A stretch of 64,000 nucleotides of DNA from an uncultured Gemmatimonadaceae bacterium (GCA_963781585.1 CAWAGQ010000003.1:160001-224000); one strand, 5' to 3'; positions 18,806 through 29,470 are shown, counted from the stretch's first letter. Notes: generated from the sequence alone by a model not told the origin. Translations and numbers: made by a program.

Positions 18806-20110
18806 ATGCACCACCCGACCTTCCTGGACGAGCTCCGCTGGCGGGGCCTTCTTCACCAGTGCACCGAGGGCGCCGGGGAGGCGCTGACGCGCGGTCCGGT
18901 GGCCGGATATTGTGGGTTCGATCCGACCGCTCCGAGTCTGCACGTCGGCAGCCTGATTCCGGTGATGGGACTCGTGCACCTGCAACGTGCCGGCCACATT
19001 CCGGTGGTGCTGGTGGGTGGCGGCACCGGGTTGATCGGCGACCCGAGCGGTAAACCGAACGAGCGCCCACTGGCCGATCCGGCCGTCACCGAAGCGAATG
19101 CCGAAGGGGTGCGCGCCCAGCTCGCCCGCTTCGTGGATTTCAGCGGCCCCAATGCAGCCCGCTTGCGGGATAATCGCGACTGGCTGCAACCCCTCGGGGC
19201 GATCGAGTTCCTGCGCGATGTGGGAAAGCACTTCAGCGTCAACGCGATGCTGGCCAAGGAGTCGGTGCGGACACGACTCGAGGCCGGCATCTCGTTCACG
19301 GAATTCGCCTACATGCTGCTCCAGTCGTATGACTTCCTGGAGCTTTACCGCCGCGACGGTGTGACCCTGCAGATCGGCGGAAGCGATCAATGGGGCAACA
19401 TCACCATGGGCGTGGACCTCGTGCGGCGCACCGCAGCGGCCGAGGTTCACGGCGTCACGCTGCCGCTGATCACCCGCGCCGACGGATCCAAGTTCGGCAA
19501 GACGGAGAGCGGCAACGTGTGGCTGGACCGGCGCCTGACGCGCCCGTACGGCATGTACCAGTTCTGGGTCAATACCGACGACCGCGACGTGGGCCGATAT
19601 CTGCGCTGGTTCACCCTCCTGGAACACGACGAGATCGAGGCGCTGGAGCACGCGGCGACCGAGCGCCCGGAAACGCGCGAGGCGCAGGCCGCGCTGGCGC
19701 TCGACGTCACCGCACGGGTTCACGGAGACGAGGACGCGCGAACCGCGCGCGATGCCTCCCGCGTTCTGTTCGATCGCACCGCCGATCCCCGCTCCTTCCC
19801 GGCGGAGGTGTTCGCGGTGTTGCGTGACGAGATTCCGTTCAAGCGCCTGGAGACGGTGGCGCTCCCCACCGGGGCCGGCGGCACCTCTCTGTCGGTCCTC
19901 GACGCGTTGGTGGAAACCGGACTCGCCAAATCGAAGGGCGACGCACGCCGCCTGTTCCAGCAGGGCGCCGTCTCCGTCAACGGCCGGCGACTTGCCAGGG
20001 ACGAGCATTTTGTCGCCGGCGCCGAGGCCCTGGCGGGGTCGTACTTCCTGATCCGCAAGGGAGCGCGCGAGATGGCGCTGGTGGAGATCGCGCGGGAAGC
20101 GCAACACTGA
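18806..20110 (+). CDS. tyrS: Tyrosine--tRNA ligase
   Basis: YCGFDPTAPSLHVG (HIGH), GGSDQWGNI, KFGKT (KMSKS), C-terminal S4 domain. Confidence 0.97.
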   Translation: MHHPTFLDELRWRGLLHQCTEGAGEALTRGPVAGYCGFDPTAPSLHVGSLIPVMGLVHLQRAGHIPVVLVGGGTGLIGDPSGKPNERPLADPAVTEANAEGVRAQLARFVDFSGPNAARLRDNRDWLQPLGAIEFLRDVGKHFSVNAMLAKESVRTRLEAGISFTEFAYMLLQSYDFLELYRRDGVTLQIGGSDQWGNITMGVDLVRRTAAAEVHGVTLPLITRADGSKFGKTESGNVWLDRRLTRPYGMYQFWVNTDDRDVGRYLRWFTLLEHDEIEALEHAATERPETREAQAALALDVTARVHGDEDARTARDASRVLFDRTADPRSFPAEVFAVLRDEIPFKRLETVALPTGAGGTSLSVLDALVETGLAKSKGDARRLFQQGAVSVNGRRLARDEHFVAGAEALAGSYFLIRKGAREMALVEIAREAQH

Positions 20111-20185
20111 GAACGCCCGCGCTGAGCGCTGAATTCGGACCGCGAAGGCGGAACCGCTGAATGCGGACCGCCCCCGGTGGCCCGC

Positions 20186-21364
20186 CTAGCCCGCGAGCAC
20201 ATCCAGCGCCCGCTCGACCTCCTGCTCCGACGTATAGAAATGGGGAGAGAGGCGGATGGCGCCTTCGCGGAGTGAATGCACCACACCGTGCTGCTCCAGG
20301 CGGCGTGAGGCAGCAACCGGGTCGGCGGGCGCCACCGAGACAACGCCGGCGCGACGCGATCGCTCCGCCGGCGTTACCAGCCTCACGCCCCGCTGCCGCC
20401 CGGTCCAGGCCACGATCTGTCCGGCGCGTTCCGCAACCAGGGCGTGAACCCGCGGCAGGCCTACCTCGAAGAACAGCTCCAGCGAGGCGTTCATTCCGGC
20501 GAAATCCTGAAACGGCAGCGTGATCACCTCGAACTTTCGCGCATCCTCGAGATAGCTCAGGTCGTAGTCGCAGAGCCGGGTAAAGTCGAGCGAGTTGCGC
20601 ACCGCCATCCACCCCACGTCGTGTGGCTCGAAGCGATCCACCAGCTCGCGCCGCACGTAGAGAAACCCGGCGCCCCACGGCGAGAGGAGCCATTTCTGGG
20701 CACCGCACGCGAGGAAGTCGATTCCGCACTCGTGGACGTCGAGCGGCGCCGTACCGACGCCCTGAATCGCATCCACCACGAAGTAGATGTCCCGCTCGCG
20801 GCACGCCGCCCCCAGTCGGGCGAGGTCCAGGCGGAGTCCCGTCTCGAACGACACCCACGCCACCGTCAGGACGCGCACCCGGGGATCGTCGAGTGCGCGC
20901 AGGAGGGCTGCCTCATCGGCGAGCCGGTCGTGGCACGGTACGCGCCGATAGCTGATCCCGCGCTCGCGTTCCAGCGCCATCCAGGGATACACGTTGGCGG
21001 GAAACTCCCGGTCGCTCGAAACGACCACATCGCCGGCCCGCAGGGGGAGCACGCGGGCGGCGAGGTTGAGCCCGTAGGTCGTGTTGACCATGAGGGCGAT
21101 CTCGTCCGGCGTCGCGCCGACCAGCCGGGCGCACAGCTCGCGCGAGCGCGTGAGCACGCCGAACTGGTCCTCGTGAGTGAGGCGCCACGGTTCACTGCGG
21201 CGGCGCTCGAACACATCCGTGGCGCGCGTGGAGCGCGCGGGAAGCGGGCCGGTGCTCGCGTGATTGAGGAAAATGACGTCGTCGCGCAACGTCCAAGGAA
21301 ACTCGCTGGCGCGCAGACGGTCCAGCCAGTCGCGTGCGCGCGGATCGGCTGACGATGCGCTCAT
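20186..21364 (-). CDS. Class V PLP aminotransferase (cysteine desulfurase-like)
   Basis: FLNHASTGP, NTTYG, VVDAIQGVG, GAQKWL, IRLSPHFY. Confidence 0.88.
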   Translation of the reverse strand: MSASSADPRARDWLDRLRASEFPWTLRDDVIFLNHASTGPLPARSTRATDVFERRRSEPWRLTHEDQFGVLTRSRELCARLVGATPDEIALMVNTTYGLNLAARVLPLRAGDVVVSSDREFPANVYPWMALERERGISYRRVPCHDRLADEAALLRALDDPRVRVLTVAWVSFETGLRLDLARLGAACRERDIYFVVDAIQGVGTAPLDVHECGIDFLACGAQKWLLSPWGAGFLYVRRELVDRFEPHDVGWMAVRNSLDFTRLCDYDLSYLEDARKFEVITLPFQDFAGMNASLELFFEVGLPRVHALVAERAGQIVAWTGRQRGVRLVTPAERSRRAGVVSVAPADPVAASRRLEQHGVVHSLREGAIRLSPHFYTSEQEVERALDVLAG

Positions 21365-22311
21365 GGCACGGCTCCGAGCCTCGTGGCGAAGCGCGCCGGA
21401 TCGCGCAGCTCGGCCGGAGTATCCGGCGGCTGGCGCTTCCAGCGCCGGTGATGCCAGAAATACTGCTCGGGATAGCGTCGCACCCAGGACTCCAGGATCG
21501 CCGTGTAGCGCGCGACCACAGTGTCCACGTCCGCGTCGCGATCCCCGGTCGATGCCAGCGGCACGGGAGCGACCAGAAACCGGTAGCGGCCGTCACCCTC
21601 GCGCACTGCTGCGGCAGAAAAGACCGGCACCTCCGACCGGATGGCGAAGACCGCCGGGCCGCGAGGCGTCTTGGCCGGCCGCCCGAAGAACGGCACGAAG
21701 GTTGACGCGAGTCCCAGCACGCCCTGATCGGCCACGAAGGCCACGGCATGCCCCTCGCGGAGCGCGCGCGGCGTGCGCTTCACGGCATCCGCGTCGCGAA
21801 TGACGCGCATGCCACTCCGCTCGCGCGTCCGCGTCAGGTACTGGTCGAACAGTGGATTGTTCATGCGGCGCGTGATGGCCTCAATCGGGATTCCGCGGGC
21901 CGCCACGTATGCACCCGCCAACTCCCAGTTGCCAAGGTGACCGGTGATGAGAATCACGCCGCGTCCGGCGGCGTGGGCGCGCAGGACCGCGTCGAATCCG
22001 TCGGCCCCGCTGAACAGCTGGAGTATCTCCTCGCGGTCCAGCGAGGGGAGCAGAGCTGTTTCCACGGCGACCCGGCCGAGGTGGGCGTAGGCGCCTCGCG
22101 CGAGCCTGCGCACGCCGCGCTCGTCGACACCCGGGAAGGCGGCCGCGATCTGGCGCAGGACCACCGTCCGCCGGATTCCCAGCGGCGCGTACCCGATCAT
22201 CCCGGTGAGTTCACCGACACGCCGCGCCGCGGCGAGCGGGACGGCGCCGAGGAGCCCCACCGCGGCACGGACTGCGCCGTACTCCGCGCGATGAGCAAGC
22301 GACACCCTCAC
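21361..22311 (-). CDS. Lipid A late acyltransferase (LpxL/HtrB family)
   Basis: TGHLGNWE, VADQ, VPFFG, YPEQYFWHHRRWK. Confidence 0.9.
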   Translation of the reverse strand: MRVSLAHRAEYGAVRAAVGLLGAVPLAAARRVGELTGMIGYAPLGIRRTVVLRQIAAAFPGVDERGVRRLARGAYAHLGRVAVETALLPSLDREEILQLFSGADGFDAVLRAHAAGRGVILITGHLGNWELAGAYVAARGIPIEAITRRMNNPLFDQYLTRTRERSGMRVIRDADAVKRTPRALREGHAVAFVADQGVLGLASTFVPFFGRPAKTPRGPAVFAIRSEVPVFSAAAVREGDGRYRFLVAPVPLASTGDRDADVDTVVARYTAILESWVRRYPEQYFWHHRRWKRQPPDTPAELRDPARFATRLGAVP

Positions 22312-22360
22312 GGCCCCGTTTCTCCCGGCGCGCCGGCACGGCGATCAGCGAGCCTGGCGG

Positions 22361-23542
22361 TCACGTGTGCCCTCCTCCCTGGGCAGCGTCGCGCGCGAAC
22401 GCGAGCGTATCGCGCGCGACGCGGTCCCAGTTGAAGTACTCCTCCACCGCCAGCCGGGCGCAGGCGCCGAATCGGCGACGGAGCGTCTCATCGTGCAGGA
22501 ACGTGCGCACGGCTCCGGCGACGGCGTCCGCATCGGTCGACGGCACAACCAGCCCCGTTTCCCCGTCGCGAACCGCGGAGCGCACGCCGCCCGAGTCGCC
22601 CGCCACCGAGGGCACGCCGCTGGCCGCCGCTTCCACGAAGGAGATGCCGAAGCCTTCGGCATCGATCGCCTGCTCCACCCGCGATGGACCGACGTACACG
22701 GTACTGGTTGCGTATGCGTCGGCCAGTTCATGGTCGCTCAACCGGCCCGCCAGCACCAGGCGATCGGACACGCCAAGCTCGCGCGCGAGGCGCGCCAGGC
22801 GTGAGCCATCGGGCCCTTCGCCAACCACGACGTAGCGCAGTGCCGGGAACTCGGGGGCCAGCTTGGCCAGGGCCCGGATGGCTACATCCTGTCCCTTGTG
22901 GGGCACCAGACGCGCCACCGTGATCATCACCGGCCGCGTACCTAACGAGAAGCGCCGGCGCAGGGCTCCGGTGTCGCACCGCGGCGCGAACTGCGCCGGA
23001 TCGGTCCCCAACGGAATGGCCCGGACCGGCGGCCTCCGCGTGAGACCCAGACGGCCCATCACGTCGCGCGCCAGTTCCGCCGTCCAGGCCGAAATCGCGA
23101 CCACGCCGCAGGCGCCGCCGAATATCCAGCGAGCCGCTCGGCGTTTCATCGGGCTCCGCATCTTCAGGTCGCGCTCCTTGAGAAGATCGCCGCCGTTGAC
23201 ATAGAGCACATAGGGTCGCCGCACACGGGCTCGCGCCAGCCACACCACGTAGCCGCAGGGCCGGATGTTGCCGCAGTGCACCAGGTCGACCCCGCGCAGG
23301 ACATCGGACGCCAGCGACGCCGCCCAGCGAACCTGGTTGGTGAACCGATTGGCGTGGCCGAACGGGAAGCGCTGTCGGTGGATGACGTACGGTTCGTGCG
23401 TGTCGAAGGCGTCGTCTTCCCGAAGGGCAACGGTGGACACAATGAGTTCGTCAGGCGCGAATCGCCGGCAGAGCTCCACGTGGCGTCGCGCCATACCCCC
23501 AAGGTCGGGACCGAAGTCCTGCGTGACGAAGAGGTGTTTCAC
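22361..23542 (-). CDS. Glycosyltransferase family 4
   Basis: TVARLVPHKG, EGFGISFVEAAASGVP; GTG start at VKHLFVTQDF. Confidence 0.9.
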   Translation of the reverse strand: MKHLFVTQDFGPDLGGMARRHVELCRRFAPDELIVSTVALREDDAFDTHEPYVIHRQRFPFGHANRFTNQVRWAASLASDVLRGVDLVHCGNIRPCGYVVWLARARVRRPYVLYVNGGDLLKERDLKMRSPMKRRAARWIFGGACGVVAISAWTAELARDVMGRLGLTRRPPVRAIPLGTDPAQFAPRCDTGALRRRFSLGTRPVMITVARLVPHKGQDVAIRALAKLAPEFPALRYVVVGEGPDGSRLARLARELGVSDRLVLAGRLSDHELADAYATSTVYVGPSRVEQAIDAEGFGISFVEAAASGVPSVAGDSGGVRSAVRDGETGLVVPSTDADAVAGAVRTFLHDETLRRRFGACARLAVEEYFNWDRVARDTLAFARDAAQGGGHT

Positions 23543-23556
23543 GAAGTGCCCGGCCC

Positions 23557-24345
23557 TCAACCGGCCGCGGAGCCGGCGCGCTCGCCCCGGCCCAACGCCC
23601 ACAGATGTGCATATTTGGCGGCGACACTCACCGACGCGAGGACCGCGAGGACCACGCCATGCCCCCCGTCGCGCCAGCCGCCACGGACCAGGTAGGTCGA
23701 GACGAAACGCGCCGGCGGCTTGAGCAGCACCATCCAGATGCGTCCCCGGCGACCGCCGGCGTGGTGCTGGCGTGCCCAATCGCGGCTGTATCGTGTGAGC
23801 TTCTCGAAGTACTCGTCCAGGGAGGTGTACGGTTCGTGCCGCAATGGCTGCTCGAGCAGACCGACCGGCCCGTTGGTGACGACGTGCTCGTGTACCGGAC
23901 GTTCATCGTAGCGCAGGCTGCGCCGGAAGAGGCGCACGGGGTTGTCGCTCGAGGCGCCCCAGCCACCGTGGCGGATCACGCGTCCGAAAAAGACGTTCTC
24001 CCGCGGCACCCGAAACGCCTCCGGGGAACCGGCCGCCGCCACGCAGCGGCGCACCGCGGCGCCCAGCGCGGGCGACGCGCGCTCGTCGGCGTCGAGCACC
24101 AGCACCCAGTCCTGCGACGCTCGCGCAATGGCGGCGTTGCGTTGCGCGCCGATGGACCGGAACGGATGACTGAACACCTGCGCGCCGGCGTCGCGTGCCC
24201 GAGCCACCGTATCGTCAGCCGAGTCGTTCTCGACAACCAGGATCTGGGCGGCCCAGTCGACGCTGCGCAGGCAGTCAGTGATCTGCCGGCCCTCGTTGCG
24301 CGCCGCGATCACGACCGAGACCGGGACCGGGTCGCCAGAAGTCAC
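23557..24345 (-). CDS. Glycosyltransferase family 2 (WaaE/KdtX-like)
   Basis: SVVIAARNE, WVLVLDADE, VHEH. Confidence 0.9.
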   Translation of the reverse strand: MTSGDPVPVSVVIAARNEGRQITDCLRSVDWAAQILVVENDSADDTVARARDAGAQVFSHPFRSIGAQRNAAIARASQDWVLVLDADERASPALGAAVRRCVAAAGSPEAFRVPRENVFFGRVIRHGGWGASSDNPVRLFRRSLRYDERPVHEHVVTNGPVGLLEQPLRHEPYTSLDEYFEKLTRYSRDWARQHHAGGRRGRIWMVLLKPPARFVSTYLVRGGWRDGGHGVVLAVLASVSVAAKYAHLWALGRGERAGSAAG

Positions 24346-25406
24346 CGGCTCACCGTGGCCCGCTCGTGCGCCACACGGGCCGCCTGCTCGAATCCGTTGG
24401 CCAGGTCGCGCTCAGTGAACTCCCGCGCGGCGCGGTCACGGGCGGCGCGACCCGCCCGCATCAGTCGCGCGGGATGCGCGGCGTACCGCGCCAGGGTGGC
24501 CGCCAGGACCGGCGGTTGCAACGCCGGGAAGAGCTCACCATGCACGCCCGACGTGATGAATCGCTCGGTCACCTGCGTTCGCGGAGCGAACACCGGCAGG
24601 GATCGCGCCATGCCGGCCAAACACCCGAACGCTGCCTCGTCGCCATCGGCCGTGACCCAGACGACATCGCACGAGCGCAGCAGATCGTCCTCGCCGTGAC
24701 GGATCTCGACCATCGGCGCGATCCGCAGCGCCGCCGCCTGGAGCCGCAGGTCATCCACGGGAAGGCCCGTCCCGCCAAGCGCCAGGTGCACCCGAGGATG
24801 ACGCTCGGCGAGCAGGGCCACCGTCCGCAGCACGTTGAGCACGTGCGGCCGGGCCGCCGGGGACGCGATACACGCCAGCCGCGGCGCGCCACGATCGGTG
24901 ACGGAAGCGAGTACGCGCGGCCCGGTCGGCGACTCGATTCCCAGGTCACCGCGGACGACTTCGGTGCGCGGCCAGGTAACGCCGTCGGGGGGAGCGGTGC
25001 CGGTGAACAGGAACGTCCCGGGCGCGAAGCGCCTGGCGAGGCGCGTGCGCCACCCGGTGACCGGCAGGTCGCCGGCCGCGAGCCGCCGCACCACGGCGCC
25101 GCGTCCGGCCAGGCGCACGGCGACCGACGCGGCCAGATCATCCCGCTCGTTATGCACGAACACGGCGTCGAGGAACCGGTCGCGCACTACCCGCCGCAGG
25201 TCACGAATCCGACCGGCGAGGGTCGGGGCGGGCCGGACCGGTTCGGTCTCCCACCCGCGGTCGCGGCAGCGGCTTTCCAGCGGGGACCCGGCCGGACAGG
25301 CGACGGTGACGTCGTATCCGCGAGCCACGAGCACCCGGGCCGCGGCAAAGAACGCGCGCGCCCTCCCCGACCATCCTGTGGACGCATCGTGCAGGAGGAG
25401 GCGCAT
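24342..25406 (-). CDS. GT-B fold glycosyltransferase (family 4-like, divergent)
   Basis: N-terminal WSG...ARGYDVTVAC; lies in the LPS operon; C-terminal EAAFG motif is weak. Confidence 0.65.
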   Translation of the reverse strand: MRLLLHDASTGWSGRARAFFAAARVLVARGYDVTVACPAGSPLESRCRDRGWETEPVRPAPTLAGRIRDLRRVVRDRFLDAVFVHNERDDLAASVAVRLAGRGAVVRRLAAGDLPVTGWRTRLARRFAPGTFLFTGTAPPDGVTWPRTEVVRGDLGIESPTGPRVLASVTDRGAPRLACIASPAARPHVLNVLRTVALLAERHPRVHLALGGTGLPVDDLRLQAAALRIAPMVEIRHGEDDLLRSCDVVWVTADGDEAAFGCLAGMARSLPVFAPRTQVTERFITSGVHGELFPALQPPVLAATLARYAAHPARLMRAGRAARDRAAREFTERDLANGFEQAARVAHERATVSR

Positions 25407-25462
25407 GTCCTATCGATCGGGATCCGGCGACCGCGCCTCGGAGTCGTCTCGCACGATCCTCT

Positions 25463-27265
25463 TCACGCGCCGACGCCCACCTCGCGACGGCCCGTCTGCA
25501 GGGCGTGAAGGCGCGCATACAGGCCATCGCGGGCCATAAGCTGATCGTGGGTTCCGCGATCCACGATGCGCCCGCGGTCGAGAACCAGGATCTGCGTCGC
25601 GTTGCCAACCGTCGACAGGCGATGCGCGATGACGAACACCGTGCGCCCGGCGAGCAGGCGGTCCACGGCCTCCTGAACGAGCCGTTCGGACTCGGTGTCG
25701 AGCGCCGACGTCGCTTCGTCGAGGATGAGGATCGGCGGGTCGATGAGCAGCGCCCGGGCGATCGCGATCCGCTGGCGCTGTCCGCCCGAAAGCCGCGTGC
25801 CGCGCTCGCCCAGCAGGGTTTCGTATCCGTCCGGGAGCTCGAGAATGAATTCGTGCGCGTTGGCCGCGCGCGCGGCACGTGTGACCTGTTCGTCGGTGTA
25901 CCTGGTGCCGGAGCCGTAGGCGATGTTGTTGCGCACCGAATCGTTGAAGACGACGGTGTCCTGATTCACGATCCCGGTCAGGGCGCGGAGCGAGGCGAGG
26001 CGGATCTCGCGGGTGTCGACGCCGTCGAACAGGATGCGGCCGCGGCTCGGCGTGAAGAACCGCGGGATGAGATCCACCAGGGTGCTCTTCCCCGCTCCGC
26101 TCGGCCCGACCAGGGCGATCACGTCGCCCCGGCGCGCGCGGAAGGAGACGTCGGAGAGCACCGGTTCGTCGTCGTATGCGAAGGTGACGTGCTCGAACTC
26201 GATGCTCTCGGTCAGCGCCGTCAGCGTCCGACTGCCCTGATCGGTCGCATATTCGGTTGGCGTGTCGAGCACCTCGAACACCCGCTCCGCCGCGGCCATG
26301 GATTGCTGAGCCACCGTGGGGACCTGTGAGAGCTGCTTCAGCGGCTGCAGCATGCGCAGCACCAGGGCGAGAAATGCGATCAGCATCGCGCCAGAGATGG
26401 CCTGCGCCATGACCTCCCGAGCGCCGAGGAGCAGGATCGTTACGGCGATCGCGGTGCCGACCGTTTCGGTGATAGGCTGGGCGAGAAACGAGATGCGTGT
26501 CACGCGGACCATCCCCTTCGAGTAACGATCGCTCGCCACGCGGAATCGTCCCTCTTCGTACGACTCGCCGCTGAACGACTTCACCAGCCGGATGCCGCTC
26601 ACGCCCTCCTGCACGACCGCCGTCATGTCGCCGAACTGATTCGACAGGCGACGGTGACCCTTTCGCAACCGTCGCAGCAGGGGCTGAAGCAGCGCAATGA
26701 GCAGGGGGGCGATGATCAGCGAAAGCATCGCCAGACGCCAGGAGATCACGAACAGGGCAACAATCGTCGTCACCACCATCGCCGCGCTCTGGAGCGACCG
26801 GGTGACCGATTCGGTGATCATCTGCTTGGTCTGCGTGGTGTCGCTGAGCACCCGCGCCAGAATCTGCCCGGTCTTCATGCGCGTGAAGTACGGCAGCGGC
26901 AGCCGCTGCAGGTGCGCATAGAGGGCATTCCGCAGATCGCGGGTCACGAACTCCTGGAGGGACGCGCCAAACTGACCGCTCAGCCAGACGAACACGTTCT
27001 TCACCGTGACCGCCACGAGGATCACCACGACCACGTTGCGCAGGGACCCCATCGCGTCGGCCGGATTGAGAAACGCGCCGATGAGTCGCTGCTGGAGTTC
27101 CGTGATGCGGACGACCGGCGTCGGCTCGTTGAACAGCGCGCTCAGAAACGGAATGAGCAGGGTGAAGCTGAAGACGTCGAGCACGGCCGCCAGGAGGTTG
27201 CAGACGATCGTTCCCACCATGCGCCACCAGTGGGGGCGGAGGAAGGTCAGCAGGCGCCGGTACAC
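25463..27265 (-). CDS. msbA: ABC exporter, fused TMD-NBD, MsbA-like
   Basis: GPSGAGKST, LSGGQRQR, ILDEATSALD, IAHRLST; next to lipid A/LPS genes. Confidence 0.8.
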   Translation of the reverse strand: MYRRLLTFLRPHWWRMVGTIVCNLLAAVLDVFSFTLLIPFLSALFNEPTPVVRITELQQRLIGAFLNPADAMGSLRNVVVVILVAVTVKNVFVWLSGQFGASLQEFVTRDLRNALYAHLQRLPLPYFTRMKTGQILARVLSDTTQTKQMITESVTRSLQSAAMVVTTIVALFVISWRLAMLSLIIAPLLIALLQPLLRRLRKGHRRLSNQFGDMTAVVQEGVSGIRLVKSFSGESYEEGRFRVASDRYSKGMVRVTRISFLAQPITETVGTAIAVTILLLGAREVMAQAISGAMLIAFLALVLRMLQPLKQLSQVPTVAQQSMAAAERVFEVLDTPTEYATDQGSRTLTALTESIEFEHVTFAYDDEPVLSDVSFRARRGDVIALVGPSGAGKSTLVDLIPRFFTPSRGRILFDGVDTREIRLASLRALTGIVNQDTVVFNDSVRNNIAYGSGTRYTDEQVTRAARAANAHEFILELPDGYETLLGERGTRLSGGQRQRIAIARALLIDPPILILDEATSALDTESERLVQEAVDRLLAGRTVFVIAHRLSTVGNATQILVLDRGRIVDRGTHDQLMARDGLYARLHALQTGRREVGVGA

Positions 27266-27270
27266 GGGGA

Positions 27271-28878
27271 CTAGTGTGGAGCGCCGGGCGATGGATGGGG
27301 CGTCAGCAGCGCCAGCGGCACGATGCACTCCTCGGGCGTGACCCCTCCGTGGAGGAACGATCCGCGATAGCGGCTCTGGTACTCCCGCAACTTCGTGGGA
27401 TAGACGAAGAACACCCCGTCCACGGCGAGCAGCGTATTGGCGCCGAGCCCGCGGCGCGGGAGCCGCAGCGTGTCTTCGTTCGGGAACAGGAGCGCCAGTT
27501 CGGCGCGCTCGGCCCGCAGGTCCTCGCCGAACTTGTAGCGCAGGTTCGACGTCGCATCCCGCTTGGCGTAGACGGTGGCCGGGGTGGAGCAATGAATGGA
27601 CCCGTGGTCGCTGGTCAGCAGCACCGTGATCCCGCGTCGGGCCGCCTCGCGCAGAACGCCCAGCAGCGGGGACCGCTGAAACCACTGCAGCGTGAGCTGG
27701 CGCAACGCGATCTCGTCGCGCGCCACTTCGTAGAGGATGGCGCTCTCGCTGCGTCCATGCGTGAGGAGATCGACGAAGTTGAAGACGAACGCGCTCACTC
27801 CGTCGTGCCCGATCACGCTCCCAAGCCGACGCTCCAGATCGTCCGAATCGGCGGGCGACGAGATCTTCTCGTAACGAACGGGTGCCTGAACGCCGAGTTC
27901 CGCGAGTTGCGCCTCGAGCAACTGCCGTTCGTGCGCATTCAGGGTCTCATCGTCGCGCTCGCCCCACCAGTCGGGGAACCGCGCGGCGATCTCCCCCGGA
28001 AACAGCCCACTGAAGAGGGCGTTCCGGGCGTACGGCGTGGCCGTGGGAAGAACCGCGAACTGATGCGTCGTTTCCACCACGAACAGGCTGGTCAGCGCGC
28101 TTTCCAGCACCCGCCACTGATCCAGTCGCAGGCAGTCGACCACGATCAGGACGACGTTGCCGTCACGCCGCAGGACCGGCAGCAGAAACTCGCTCACCAC
28201 GTCGATCGACAACGGCGGCCGCGCGCCCTCCAGCTCGCGCAGCCAGCGCGGGTACTCGGCGAACATGAACGCCGCGAATTCGCGATGCATGTCGGGATAG
28301 AGACCCCGCAGCGACTCGTACAGGCCCATCTCCCCCGCTTCGGCCAGCTCGATGTCCCAGCGCACCAGCTCATCGTAGCGCTCCACCCAGCCACGCCAGT
28401 CCAGCACCCGGTCGCGTTCGAGCTCGATGGCGCGAAAGCGGTCCACGAACGAGCGGGCGAGGGCCTGCCGGCGAATCCGCGGCCCCTCGAGAATCCGTGT
28501 CACCACCGACAGGACCTGTCGCGGATTGACCGGCTTGACCAGATAGTCGCTGACCTCGGTGCCTAACGCCTCGCGGAGCACCGCGTCGTCCTCGCTCTTG
28601 GTGACCATCACCACCGGCAGCGCCGGCGCGATCTCCCGCATTTCGCGATAGGCGTCCAGCCCGCGCCTGCCGGGCATCTGCTCGTCGAGCAGCAGCACGT
28701 CGTACGTGTGCCGACGCAGCATCTCGATGGCGTCGTCGGCGTTGGTGGCGACCGCCACGTCGAAACCCCTGTCGGAGAGGAACAGCCGATGCGGCTCGAG
28801 GAGTTCCGCTTCGTCGTCCACCCACAACAGCGACTTGGGCGGGTGCCCGACCTTCGTCGCGAGCCGGGAGAGGGGCAT
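27271..28878 (-). CDS. PorX-like response regulator: receiver plus PglZ/alkaline-phosphatase domain
   Basis: LWVDDE...LLDEQMPG...YLVKPVNPRQ; PglZ motifs VVDCLRLDQW, LPTATPYARNALFSG, DLLTH, TSDHG, FLHGG. Confidence 0.88.
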   Translation of the reverse strand: MPLSRLATKVGHPPKSLLWVDDEAELLEPHRLFLSDRGFDVAVATNADDAIEMLRRHTYDVLLLDEQMPGRRGLDAYREMREIAPALPVVMVTKSEDDAVLREALGTEVSDYLVKPVNPRQVLSVVTRILEGPRIRRQALARSFVDRFRAIELERDRVLDWRGWVERYDELVRWDIELAEAGEMGLYESLRGLYPDMHREFAAFMFAEYPRWLRELEGARPPLSIDVVSEFLLPVLRRDGNVVLIVVDCLRLDQWRVLESALTSLFVVETTHQFAVLPTATPYARNALFSGLFPGEIAARFPDWWGERDDETLNAHERQLLEAQLAELGVQAPVRYEKISSPADSDDLERRLGSVIGHDGVSAFVFNFVDLLTHGRSESAILYEVARDEIALRQLTLQWFQRSPLLGVLREAARRGITVLLTSDHGSIHCSTPATVYAKRDATSNLRYKFGEDLRAERAELALLFPNEDTLRLPRRGLGANTLLAVDGVFFVYPTKLREYQSRYRGSFLHGGVTPEECIVPLALLTPHPSPGAPH

Positions 28879-29068
28879 GTCTCCGAATGTAGTTGTCGCG
28901 GTTGGCTTTGCCGAGTGCGGCGGGCGGGTCGCCGGCGCCGGGCGTCGTTCCCCACCGGAGCGCGCCGGGCTCCGACACCGTGCCTTGGCCGCGCGCGCGC
29001 GAATCCGCGCCAGAAGAGCGCGACCCCGGCGGACTCGCGACCGGGGCCGCGGAAGTAGATTGTCGGCC

Positions 29069-29470
29069 ATGCGTTCGCTGCCGCCGTACGCGCTCGCCGT
29101 CCCCGAGTTTCGCTTTCGCGCGCTTGCCGCAGTGGCGGGACGCGCAAGCCTGGGCGGCGCGCGGGAGCTCGTGATCGGTGTGCTGCTCGGCGCACGCCTG
29201 ACCGATGGAGTGGTCGGTGAATACCCGCTTCCACTGTCCGTTCGGCAGCAACGTGCGGCCGCGGCGCGCATATGGCTCGGCTCCCTCGCCCTGCCTCCTC
29301 CCACCAGGGCGACCTTGCTGCGACTGCTCGACGCGACCGCCACCAACGACCGGCGCGCGCTCTCCGAGACGTTCGATGCCCTGCTTGCCCTCGCGTCTCC
29401 GGCACTCGACGGGCCATCGCGCAACGAACTGCGACGCGTGTCGGGGACCGTGGTCGTGGAATCAGCATGA
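29069..29470 (+). CDS. Hypothetical helical protein, coupled to the DnaB-like gene
   Basis: ATG at 29069 after a TAGATT -10 box; ATGA overlap with the next gene. Confidence 0.7.
   Translation: MRSLPPYALAVPEFRFRALAAVAGRASLGGARELVIGVLLGARLTDGVVGEYPLPLSVRQQRAAAARIWLGSLALPPPTRATLLRLLDATATNDRRALSETFDALLALASPALDGPSRNELRRVSGTVVVESA

Noticed and set aside
27271..28878. PglZ domain as part of a BREX system
   Set aside because: Fused to a receiver domain (PorX architecture), and no brxC, pglX or brxL is nearby
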